From the NCBI RefSeq assembly GCF_000027125.1, contig NC_017626.1: 64,000 nucleotides of DNA; one strand, given 5' to 3'. The notes beneath the pieces are model-generated. The model had not been told where the DNA came from. It searched no databases and saw only the letters and a list, made by a program, of their open reading frames with translations. Below, piece by piece: positions 42,147 to 51,381 of the stretch. Each line of letters begins with the position of its first letter. Positions within the stretch are counted from its first letter, which is position 1. The position numbers and the translations under genes were made by a program. Origin of the DNA: Escherichia coli 042. GTDB taxonomy: Bacteria > Pseudomonadota > Gammaproteobacteria > Enterobacterales > Enterobacteriaceae.

Positions 42147-44534
42147 TTATCCAATACGTGCTCGTGCGCGTTCCTGTTCACGGATCTGCGCCTGAATTTG
42201 TGTATAAAGCTGCGCCTGTTCATTATCGCGATCGGTCGCGGTCACGACCAGTGCGTAAGGCTCCTGCTCGCTGCTGAATGCTTCGCCCCAGTCTCTGTCC
42301 TGACGGGTAACAACAATAAACCATTTTTCATCCGGGTTACGCTGGCGAAAAGTCCAAATCGACGACTGTACCGTCCCGCGTTCCCGCTGTTGGGCTGATA
42401 CAACACGGTTAGTCTGGGCATCATCGGAGCGGGTTTCCGTCTCACTCTGCGTCTGGTGATTAAAACTGGCCTGCACTTCATCCAGCGAGCGGCCCTTAAC
42501 CAGCCGGAAACCGATCCGTGTGGCAGTATAATCCAGCCGGGTGGTACGCACGGCGGGTGAATATGCCAGCGTAACGCGGACTTCACGGGTTGCACGCTGC
42601 GATCGTAAAAAAGAAGCCGGGAAGGGCAGTTCAAAAAATTGGTGCGCGTTATTTTCTATCTGCTCTTCACATCGCATGACCACCACATTTTCAGAAGAAC
42701 GATATAACGCATCTTCATCAATGATGCCGTAGCCTGTCACGTCGCGCTCAATCTCCCGGTTTCTCGTTGCAGGCGCATTTCTATAGCTTTCTCTCATGGC
42801 CTGCGGAAAAGCCTGCGTCATCTCCTGAGAAACAGAAGCATGATTGACCAGCATTGCCCGCAGCATATTGGCAGACATTTCCGGGTATTCATTTAGCAGT
42901 CGACCCGCCAGATGTGTGATATACGGCGCGGCAAAGCTGGTGCCGCTGAGTTCTTTAAACAGCGTATTACCCTGAAACTGGTGATGGCAGCTTAATACGC
43001 CCAGACCGCGCATATGTGCCTGCCATTGCCCTTGCCGAACGTTGGAAGCGACATTGCCACCGTGCGCTACAACGTCAGGTTTAAACGCGCCTTTTACCGA
43101 CGGGCCGTGTCGGGTAAAAGGCGACGGTTGGTTTTCCGTTGCCGGGCTGAGATGCTGAATATCGCCAGGCCTACGCTGCGCATCCAACGTTGCGTTATGT
43201 CTGGCGACGCTGCCCACTGTCAGTACGTTCAGCGCCGGAGCCGGATCGATGATTACGCTGTCCTCATGCAACAGGTAGTCAGGATATTCATCCCGCCAGC
43301 TATTTTGCGGCACCGGAGGATCGTCGCTGCCTGCGAAATTCCCCGCAGAGACGACAAACAGTACATTATATTGCCGCGCCAGCGTATCTAACAGATACGC
43401 CATACCGCGAATATGTTTGCCGTCATAGGGCGCATTAGCATTCCCCAGCGACAGATTGAAAATGCGGCAACCGAGATCGGTAAAATACGCGACGGCGGCT
43501 GTTAGTGTGCTTTCAATCGTTTCGGCATTGAATTCAGCCCGCTCGTTCAGTACTTTCCCGTTATACAGCCATAGCTGCGGCTGCCAGAAATTGCTCTGGT
43601 TACAGGCTTCAACGTCGCCATACAGAGCAATACTCGCTACGGCGGTGCCATGCCCCTCTTGATCAAACGCATCCTGATTGGGAATAAAGCTGGCGCTTTC
43701 AGCAATGGCGGCACTTAACAGAGGGTGATTGGTGTTGATGCCGCTATCCAGAATACAGACTCTGGCCGCATTTACCGCAGGCGAAATCAGATGCTCTGGA
43801 AGTGTATTGATGTCCCGGTTAATTTGTTGATAGCTAATGCCGCTGGACGGTGGCAAATCAACCAACCTGACGTCCCGATGCGCTAACAGGTATTCTGCTT
43901 GCGCGAGCGAAACCTCTATCCGGTACATCAACAGGCTGTCCAGATTGACTTTATCCCGCCAGAGAATCCCCTGCTCTCTGAGCCAATTTTCAAAACGGGT
44001 ATACAGGTCGATACGTCTGGGGTGATGCGCCACATCGACTGGCCAGAGCTCCACATCCAGATTAAAGCGTTCCGCTACAGGAAAACCATAGCGCCGGAGT
44101 GCCCAGCTTTTACGATCTTCCGCCGACCAGCCGTCAATGCCGTCAAGCGCTTCGAGAATATTCCTGTAGGTTAGGTCCGTACGGGGAAGCCCCAGTTGCG
44201 CCAGATGGGTTTCGAAGGTTGTCAGACCCTGCTCATTAGTGAAAACGATACAGACCTGTTTACCTTCCTGACTGATGAACTCCACGCCGTGATGTATCAA
44301 TGCTGAAAAATTCATTGTGCCGCTGTAGTTCAGCTTGAGGATATAGCGCCCGTCATCGGCGCTGCCGGGTACTTGTGCCAGCGTTGGGCGCAAGGTATGG
44401 AGTTGCGTCAACAGCATTTGCCCGTGCTGGCGTAAATCGCCCCTGCGAATACGGGGCATATTGACTCTGCGGGTCCGTCGGTCGTTTTGAAGTGGTGCTT
44501 TGGTAATCGTTAGATGCTGATAATTCGCCGTCAT
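42147..44534 (-). CDS. S8-family subtilisin-like serine peptidase (IetS-like)
   Basis: 795-aa product with catalytic-triad motifs in D-H-S order (CILDSGINTNHP, EGHGTAVASIA, SGTSFAAPYITH); 9-nt gap to the upstream AAA ATPase gene. Confidence 0.85.
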   Translation of the reverse strand: MTANYQHLTITKAPLQNDRRTRRVNMPRIRRGDLRQHGQMLLTQLHTLRPTLAQVPGSADDGRYILKLNYSGTMNFSALIHHGVEFISQEGKQVCIVFTNEQGLTTFETHLAQLGLPRTDLTYRNILEALDGIDGWSAEDRKSWALRRYGFPVAERFNLDVELWPVDVAHHPRRIDLYTRFENWLREQGILWRDKVNLDSLLMYRIEVSLAQAEYLLAHRDVRLVDLPPSSGISYQQINRDINTLPEHLISPAVNAARVCILDSGINTNHPLLSAAIAESASFIPNQDAFDQEGHGTAVASIALYGDVEACNQSNFWQPQLWLYNGKVLNERAEFNAETIESTLTAAVAYFTDLGCRIFNLSLGNANAPYDGKHIRGMAYLLDTLARQYNVLFVVSAGNFAGSDDPPVPQNSWRDEYPDYLLHEDSVIIDPAPALNVLTVGSVARHNATLDAQRRPGDIQHLSPATENQPSPFTRHGPSVKGAFKPDVVAHGGNVASNVRQGQWQAHMRGLGVLSCHHQFQGNTLFKELSGTSFAAPYITHLAGRLLNEYPEMSANMLRAMLVNHASVSQEMTQAFPQAMRESYRNAPATRNREIERDVTGYGIIDEDALYRSSENVVVMRCEEQIENNAHQFFELPFPASFLRSQRATREVRVTLAYSPAVRTTRLDYTATRIGFRLVKGRSLDEVQASFNHQTQSETETRSDDAQTNRVVSAQQRERGTVQSSIWTFRQRNPDEKWFIVVTRQDRDWGEAFSSEQEPYALVVTATDRDNEQAQLYTQIQAQIREQERARARIG

Positions 44535-44543
44535 GGCAGTCCC

Positions 44544-45524
44544 TTATCGGTGGGTTCTGGCGTTTTCTCGCTGAGTTGCGTTTTTTAAATCTTTTAGCGT
44601 CAGGAATTCCTGATGACGCAGGATCATATGCTTGGTTGCCCGACGGACAATGCGCTCAATATCTGCACCGCTTTTCCCGAGCAGCAGGGATAATAGCTCG
44701 CTATCGTCCAGCTCAAACTGACGGCGGGTGCCGCGTAATTTTAACGCCAACAGCTCACGTAACTGCGCCTGATCCGGCAACGGAAATTCAATCACTTCAT
44801 CAAATCGACGCCAGATGGCGCTGTCCAGAATGTGTTCATGGTTAGTGGCCGCCAGAATCAGGCTTTTACCCTGATAAGCATCCATCATTTGTAAAACGGC
44901 ATTGACGACCCGGCGTAATTCACCGTGTTCGCCGCTGTCGCCACGCTCTTTTCCTATGGCATCAAACTCATCGAACAACACCACCATTGGGTGCTCTGCA
45001 ATAAAATCGAAAATTTTACGCAGATTGGCGGCGGTTTCTCCCAAAAACGAAGACACCAGTACGTCGAGGCGGACAATTGCCAGCGGCATGTCCAGTTCAA
45101 AAGCGATAACCTCTGCTGTCAGCGTTTTACCGCAGCCCGGCGGTCCGAAAAACATGATCTTACTGGCTGCTTTCATCCCGTAGCTATGCAATACATCGCT
45201 ACGCCGGTGCTCTTCAAGGAGTTCATCAATCACTGTAGCGCTGGTCGCCGGGAGGATCATTTCATCAAGGCTGCGCTGTGGCTGCCGGAGATCCAGCAAC
45301 GGCAGGCCCCTTTCTTTATCTATCGGTGCTTGAGGAAGCGCAGGCGAGCGCGAAGCCTGAACAAGACGATCGCCGTAAAGAATATGCTCCAGATCGTTAG
45401 CCAGAAGGTGGTGCTGTTTCTGACGTTCCTCATCAATAATGGCTTCCGAAACACGACGGAAAGTAGCGGTATCACCCGTTGCGCCCGCTTTTATTAGTTG
45501 CCTTAATATCTTACCGTTAGCCAT
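44544..45524 (-). CDS. AAA-family ATPase (IetA-like)
   Basis: Walker A GPPGCGKT and Walker B VVLFDEFDA. ATG at 45524 has an AGGAG RBS; the ORF track extends to GTG 45548. Confidence 0.85.
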   Translation of the reverse strand: MANGKILRQLIKAGATGDTATFRRVSEAIIDEERQKQHHLLANDLEHILYGDRLVQASRSPALPQAPIDKERGLPLLDLRQPQRSLDEMILPATSATVIDELLEEHRRSDVLHSYGMKAASKIMFFGPPGCGKTLTAEVIAFELDMPLAIVRLDVLVSSFLGETAANLRKIFDFIAEHPMVVLFDEFDAIGKERGDSGEHGELRRVVNAVLQMMDAYQGKSLILAATNHEHILDSAIWRRFDEVIEFPLPDQAQLRELLALKLRGTRRQFELDDSELLSLLLGKSGADIERIVRRATKHMILRHQEFLTLKDLKNATQRENARTHR

Positions 45525-45549
45525 TATTGACTCCTGAAACCACAGCACT

Positions 45550-48416
45550 TCATGCGGAAGGTGAACTCAACGTCCAGCTCACCGCGAATAATTGACGGGA
45601 CGTTATTTCCGTCGCCAGCTTTTGCTCGACCTCTTCCAGCAGACGGTCCTCTTCCTGCTCGATTTTTTTCTTTTCATCATGATACTGCAACATGATGCTA
45701 TCCCGCTCGCGTTCCAGCACCTTTAATGCGCGCTTGGCTTCCATTTTCTCTTTTAGAGAAGGAAGCTGACGGGCGGCTTTACGCGCCTCTTTAATTTCTG
45801 CATCTAACTGTTTGATACGTAAGTCCAGCGCGATACGTCGATCTTCTGACCAGCGTTCAAGTTTTTCTACTTCTTCATTGTAATAAAGTTCGTTATCGCG
45901 TTCGACCTGTTGGATAAAAGAATGCCGTAAAACCTCACATTGTGTTGTTAACGCAGGCAGCAAAGGCTGTTCTTCGACAGATGTTATCTCTGATAATGGC
46001 AGGCGAAGCAGACGGGATACGGTTTCCTCTGCCAGCACTTCGCCATTTTCTGTAACAGCGACGGTCAATAGTTTCTCTCGCTGTTGCTCCTGATTTCCGA
46101 TGCTGACTTTTGCCAGCAACAGCTGTCCCGATTTCCCGCAGAACAGTTTAACATCGGCCAGTTGTCCGCTTCTGGGTTGGTAGATGAAATGGAGCTTCTG
46201 GCAAACTGGGGATGTGGAAAGGCTTGCCCCTTCATGCAGGGCAGCATCAATCAGTTGCTTCCCATATCCCTGGCTGGGCCGGAAGAATTCGGCATCTTTT
46301 TCATCCGCAATGGGCCAGTTGACGTCAAAATACTTTCCTCTGGAACGAAAACCCGTCTCAGAACGTTGAAAATCGCTCTCGTCGCTCAGAAACATTTCCG
46401 CCAGCAGCAACAGATTTTCCTGGTAATCGTTTAACTGCGCGAGGGTGGTTGTACGTCGGGTTTTCAGATTGCGGACCACATCAACGTCAAAATGCTCGAA
46501 TAATGAACGCCGGGTTTCATTCTCCCGATTTTCCAGTTGATCTTTGAGTTCATCCTGCAGCTGATTAAATTCCTGTTCAATTTGTTCATCGGAGCGGCAG
46601 TGCTGGTATATCTCATGAATACGTCGTTCAATATCAACACCTGATTCGATCGACCCCAGAATGTCATCGGATGCGCCAAACACCCCTTCAAAAAGCTGGA
46701 ACTTCTGGCTCAATAATTCAAACACGCGCTGATCGGCACGGTTGCCTTTATTAATAAAATTAACCACCACGACATCGTGTTTTTGTCCATAGCGGTGAAC
46801 ACGCCCGATACGTTGCTCCACGCGCTGCGGATTCCACGGTAAATCATAATTGATTAACAGCGAACAAAACTGGAGGTTGATACCTTCTGCGCCCGCTTCA
46901 GTACAAATCATCAGGGTGCCTTCGTCCCTGAATTTTTCAACCAGCGCTGCCTTCATATCCGCCGTACTCGAACCGGAAACCCGGCCAGAGTTCTGATGTT
47001 TCTCCAGCCAGTCGCTGTAAATCTTCTTCGACACCGCATCGCTATTGCTGCCATTGAGCAGAACCACTTCTCCCTCGTAGCCACTTTCTGACAACAGTTG
47101 CGCCAGCCAGGTCTGGGTGCGTACGGACTCGGTAAAAATGACCGCCTTACGTAATCCGCCCAGTTCAGCCGTAAAGGTAAAGGCCCGATCGAGAACGCGT
47201 AACAGTGCTTCGGCCTTGGCGTTTTTGGTAATCGATGCCGCTAAAGTCTTATAATTTTTTAACTGGTCAATTTCGGCCTGTAGCGCCTGAGGATCGATGG
47301 TATCTTCGTCATCAATGCCTTCTTCATCGCTGTAATCGTCGTAATTTTCATAATCCGTCAGCGCATCCAGCACCGGCATTTTACTTTCAAGACGGTGGAT
47401 CATCGTTTCCAGCGTTCCCTGGATCGCTGTAGACGATGAGGCCAGAATTTTACGAATGACTAACGTTACTAGGTGACGCGCGCCGCTTTTGATCGCCAGT
47501 AGATCGTCCCGCTGCAAATAAGAGGAAACCTGTTTATAGAGCACTTCTTCGTCTTCCGTCGGACGAAAGTCTTCGGTTATTGAATGGCGTCGGGTAAAAC
47601 TGATCCCGCCTTCCTGCTGAACCTGTCGACGAAGCGTTCGATTACAGATTTTATTCAGACGAACCCTTAATAATGCCAGTTCTGCATCGTCAATATTCTG
47701 TCGGGAATAACGGGCCTTGAACGAAGCAAGGTCGCCGAAAAAATGAGGATCAATCACGGAAATCAGGCCGTAAAGCTCAAGAATACTGTTTTGTAGCGGC
47801 GTGGCGGAAAGCAGTATTTTTTTTCTGCCGGACAGTGCGCCACTGAGTTTTTTGGCTGTTTTAGCGCCATCGTTCTTGTAGATATTACGCAGTTTATGCG
47901 CCTCATCCATGACGACCAGATCCCACGGGATTCGTGCCAGCTCGTGCTCTTTACGGGCAGCGAATTCGTATGAACAAATGCAGATCGCCGCTTTCCCGGT
48001 TGCATTTTCAATATCAAAGGGATTATCGCTCCCCTCTTTAACCATTTGATTGAAGATCTTCGCTTCAATAATTTGTGAAGGCAGCGAAAATTTCTCTTCC
48101 AGCTCCTGGCTCCACTGCTTGCGTAGCGTTGCGGGTGCAATCAGCAACAGTTTTCGGCGGCGTTCAGCCCATTTTGCGCCAAAATCAGGCTGGCCTCAAT
48201 AGTTTTCCCCAGTCCCACTTCATCGGCCAGGATCACGCCATTCGACAGGGGAGATGCCAGCGCAAACATCGCAGCCTCTACCTGATGAGGATTCATATCA
48301 ACCCGTGCGCTGGCAATAGTTTGCGTCAGCGAGTCCTCGGCTTTGCCGCTTAACGTCAACCAGTGGGCCAGATAACTACGTTGGTGATCTGAATACATTT
48401 TCATACCTTTGTGCAA
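45550..48416 (-). pseudogene. SNF2-family helicase-like protein with C-terminal coiled coil, split by a frameshift at a T4/A4 tract
   Basis: N-terminal 91-aa ORF carries motif I (ADEVGLGKTIEAS); the 865-aa ORF carries DEAH (VVMDEAHKLRN) and helicase C motifs (QRIGRVHRYGQ). The downstream frame reads KWAERRRKLLLIAPATL upstream of its ORF-track start, so the frames join at about 48160-48166. Confidence 0.78.
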
Positions 48417-48698
48417 AGAGGGGGAGGGGAGCGCGACCGTATTTTACTGATATATGAACCGGGTTGCTAATCTGGAAGATGGCTCGCATTACATCCCCTT
48501 GTCGTTCACCGGGCTTCGCGGTCTCTTTTCCTCGCGTCTGCAAAATCAGGCGCCGGGCTTGACCTCCTGAACACTCCTTAGTGACGACACAATGGCGCGC
48601 TCGCGCCTTTTTTGTGCCGGTGCTCGGCTACACCTCAATGGCGGACCGGGCGGGGGCGTCGCAAGGCGCGCTGGATGGACTGTTCTGAGGAGGCAGGA

Positions 48699-49402
48699 AT
48701 GAGACGATTACCGCTGATGGTGGGCGTGATAGTGGGCGTAATGCTGGCTGTCGGCTGCCATGACCGTAGGGCTGGTGTGAGGACGCTGCTGGGCGATGGC
48801 GTGGAGCAATGGGGGCAGAAGTTGCCTTACGACCACTGGGAATTCAATTTTTTTACCCGAAAAATCTGCCGGCACTGGTGACAATGGTGTATCTGGAGGA
48901 CGGGGATATCCGGGAGAGCTTTTTCCGGCGACTGGATCCGACTGAACCCAGTCAGAGCAGTGTGGGAAAATGGAGCCAGCACGTAGGCGGTTTTTTAGCC
49001 AGTTTTAATATTGGCAAGGCGCTGCCTGTCAGGATGACGGTATGCTGGGACTCAGTTATCGATAAAAAGGCGTATGAGACGGAGATCTGGTTCAGCCGGG
49101 ATACGTGGCAGCAGATGCTGACTGCCTATCCTGATACTTATCGTCCGGGAAAAATATATTACCGAAACAAAATGATTATTGGCCTGCCCCCCGGTGGTAA
49201 AGTCAGGGTATGGTTAAAAGACAATCGTAATCCTGTTGTACTCCAGAATCCTGCCCGACAGTTCACCCTGACGGGAGATGATATGCTGATATGCAAAAAT
49301 GTTCCCAACAAGATTGATTTCAGTTACATCAAGGCTAACGGTTACGATCCATTTATCCGCGATTTTATCAAGGAAAAGCCCTATCCGTATGGTCACTGGT
49401 AG
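48699..49402 (+). pseudogene. Putative lipoprotein, frameshifted at a T7 tract
   Basis: ATG 48699 with a GAGGAGG RBS; signal peptide and lipobox (MRRLPLMVGVIVGVMLAVGC). The frame terminates shortly after a T7 run (48848-48854) and continues in another frame to 49402 (197-aa ORF). Confidence 0.5.
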
Positions 49403-49424
49403 GGCGCAACGATCAGCAAAATTA

Positions 49425-49785
49425 AAATGATCTTCTTGAGATCCTTTTAAGCTGCGCGTAATCTTCGGCTTGTAAACGGAAAAAGCCGCCTTGCGGCGGC
49501 TTTTTCCGTCCGATTAGAAGTCTTCGACCTCTTCTAATCGACTGTGGTAACTGGCTTGATGGAGCACAGATACCAAATGCTGTCCTTCCAGTGTAGCCGC
49601 TATAAGGCTTCAACTTCAAGAGTTCTGCGTATCTAAATCCACTATCCAGTTACCAATGGCTGCTGCCAGTGGCGTTAAGTCGTGTCTTACCGGGTTGGAC
49701 TCAAGACGATAGTTACCGGATAAGGCGCAGCGGTCGGGCTGAACGGGGGGGCGTGCACACAGCCCAGCCTAGAGGACTCGACTTA
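49425..49785 (+). other. ColE1/pMB1-type plasmid replication origin remnant (RNA II 5' region with antisense RNA I region), truncated
   Basis: Strong similarity to the ColE1-family ori as I recall it (GATCTTCTTGAGATCC, GTAACTGGCTT, CAGATACCAAAT, CTGCTGCCAGTGGCG, TAAGTCGTGTCTTACCGGGTTGGACTCAAGACGATAGTTACCGGATAAGGCGCAGCGGTCGGGCTGAACGGGGGG), with divergent stem-loop sequences. Homology ends near 49785, before the origin proper. Confidence 0.75.
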
Positions 49786-49867
49786 TTTAATTGTGTAAAC
49801 AGGGCCTCTCCGCGAAAGACCCTTATGCATCACCTGACGTTAAAAGTCACTACACCCAAGATGACGT

Positions 49868-50247
49868 TCAATGGCACCATGTGATTTCAATGTAAGCCCG
49901 GGCCGTCTGTTCCAGTACACCAGGCTCAGCGTTGTATGTGTTAGCTGCATCAAATACCAACGTCAGCACTTCAGGATACACAACCAGATATGTAATGGAG
50001 TTATCTTCATCCAATACTTTTCCCCACGCCTGCTCAATCAGATTTCTGAGAACCACCACCTCACGACTCTTACACCAGACATCGTTATTAAGTAGCAGCA
50101 CCATAAGATAAGGAGTGGTATCGTTAGCCACAGCCTCCCTGCTCCAGAGATAATATAAAGGGGGGGCTCAACAGATTGATCTTTACGTCGCTTACACTGC
50201 AAATATTCAGAAATGAGTCTATGCATTTCACCAGTAAAATCAGCCAT
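49868..50247 (-). pseudogene. Hypothetical protein split across two frames at a G7 tract
   Basis: 69-aa ORF (50038-50247) and 87-aa ORF (49868-50131) overlap in different frames. One extra G in the G7 run at 50159-50165 would fuse them into about 126 aa. Confidence 0.3.
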
Positions 50248-50271
50248 CAGAGAGGGGGTAATGACTCCAAC

Positions 50272-50649
50272 TTATTGATAGTGTTTTATGTTCAGATAAT
50301 GCCCGATGACTTTGTCATGCAGCTCCACCGATTTTGAGAACGACAGCGACTTCCGTCCCAGCCGTGCCAGGTGCTGCCTCAGATTCAGGTTATGCCGCTC
50401 AATTCGCTGCGTATATCGCTTGCTGATTACGTGCAGCTTTCCCTTCAGGCGGGATTCATACAGCGGCCAGTCATCCGTCATCCATATCACCACGTCAAAG
50501 GGTGACAGCAGGCTCATAAGACGCCCCAGCGTCGCCATAGTGCGTTCACCGAATACGTGCGCAACAACCGTCTTCCGGAGCCTGTCATACGCGTAAAACA
50601 GCCAGCGCTGGCGCGATTTAGCCCCGACATAGCCCCACTGTTCGTCCAT
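50272..50649 (-). CDS. insB: IS1 InsB reading frame (expressed as InsAB' by frameshifting)
   Basis: 125-aa ORF matching the IS1 InsB C-terminal region ([47 protein letters not shown]). Confidence 0.8.
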   Translation of the reverse strand: MDEQWGYVGAKSRQRWLFYAYDRLRKTVVAHVFGERTMATLGRLMSLLSPFDVVIWMTDDWPLYESRLKGKLHVISKRYTQRIERHNLNLRQHLARLGRKSLSFSKSVELHDKVIGHYLNIKHYQ

Positions 50650-50693
50650 TTCCGCGCAGACGATGACGTCACTGCCCGGCTGTATGCGCGAGG

Positions 50694-50969
50694 TTACCGA
50701 CTGCGGCCTGAGTTTTTTAAGTGACGTAAAATCGTGTTGAGGCCAACGCCCATAATGCGGGCAGTTGCCCGGCAGCCAACGCCATTCATGGCCATATCAA
50801 TGATTTTCTGGTGCGTACCGGGTTGAGAAGCGGTGTAAGTGAACTGCAGTTGCCATGTTTTACGGCAGTGAGAGCAGAGATAGCGCTGATGTCCGGCGGT
50901 GCTTTTGCCGTTACGCACCACCCCGTCAGTAGCTGAACAGGAGGGACAGCTGATAGAAACAGAAGCCAC
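50694..50969 (-). CDS. insA: IS1 InsA
   Basis: 91-aa product [43 protein letters not shown] matches IS1 InsA. Confidence 0.9.
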
Positions 50970-51349
50970 TGGAGCACCTCAAAAACACCATCATACACTA
51001 AATCAGTAAGTTGGCAGCATCACCTGTTCCCAAAATTTTATTTATCTTCATCACTTACAGAGAATGCTCAACATTTGCTAGTCTTTTCCTGTCCTGGTAT
51101 CCAAAGTCTCCTCCCAAATATCCTGGATACTAGCTTAGACAAAATGAGATTATATTTATGGTAAATTATATCATAACAGCTTTTGTTAAGGATGCTGTGT
51201 AAGATAAAATATATGGGTTAGAGGCAGATTCTTTTGCAATCAGGAAGAAGATAATCACTGATGTTATCGGATATGTAGCAGTATTCGTTATAGCTATTTA
51301 GAGAAATTTGTGCCACAATTTATTATAGAGTTTAAAGAAAAATATATTG

Positions 51350-51378
51350 AAAATAAAATCCGGGCTATTGCCCGGATT
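51350..51378 (-). terminator. Rho-independent terminator downstream of the integrase gene
   Basis: Hairpin ATCCGGGC TATT GCCCGGAT flanked by A/T runs, directly 3' of the integrase stop. Confidence 0.55.
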
Positions 51379-51381
51379 TTA

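Larger units (their letters stand above)
50257..51024 (-). mobile_element. IS1 (768 bp)
   Basis: IS1 terminal repeats GGTAATGACTCCAACTTATTGATAGTG at 50257 and GGTGATGCTGCCAACTTACTGAT inverted, ending at 51024; contains insA and insB reading frames. Confidence 0.9.

Noticed and set aside
49425-49785. ColE1-like origin as cloning-vector contamination
   Set aside because: The sequence differs from pMB1/pUC at many positions, especially in the RNA I stem-loops, and is flanked by chromosomal island genes and IS1 in a continuous sequence.
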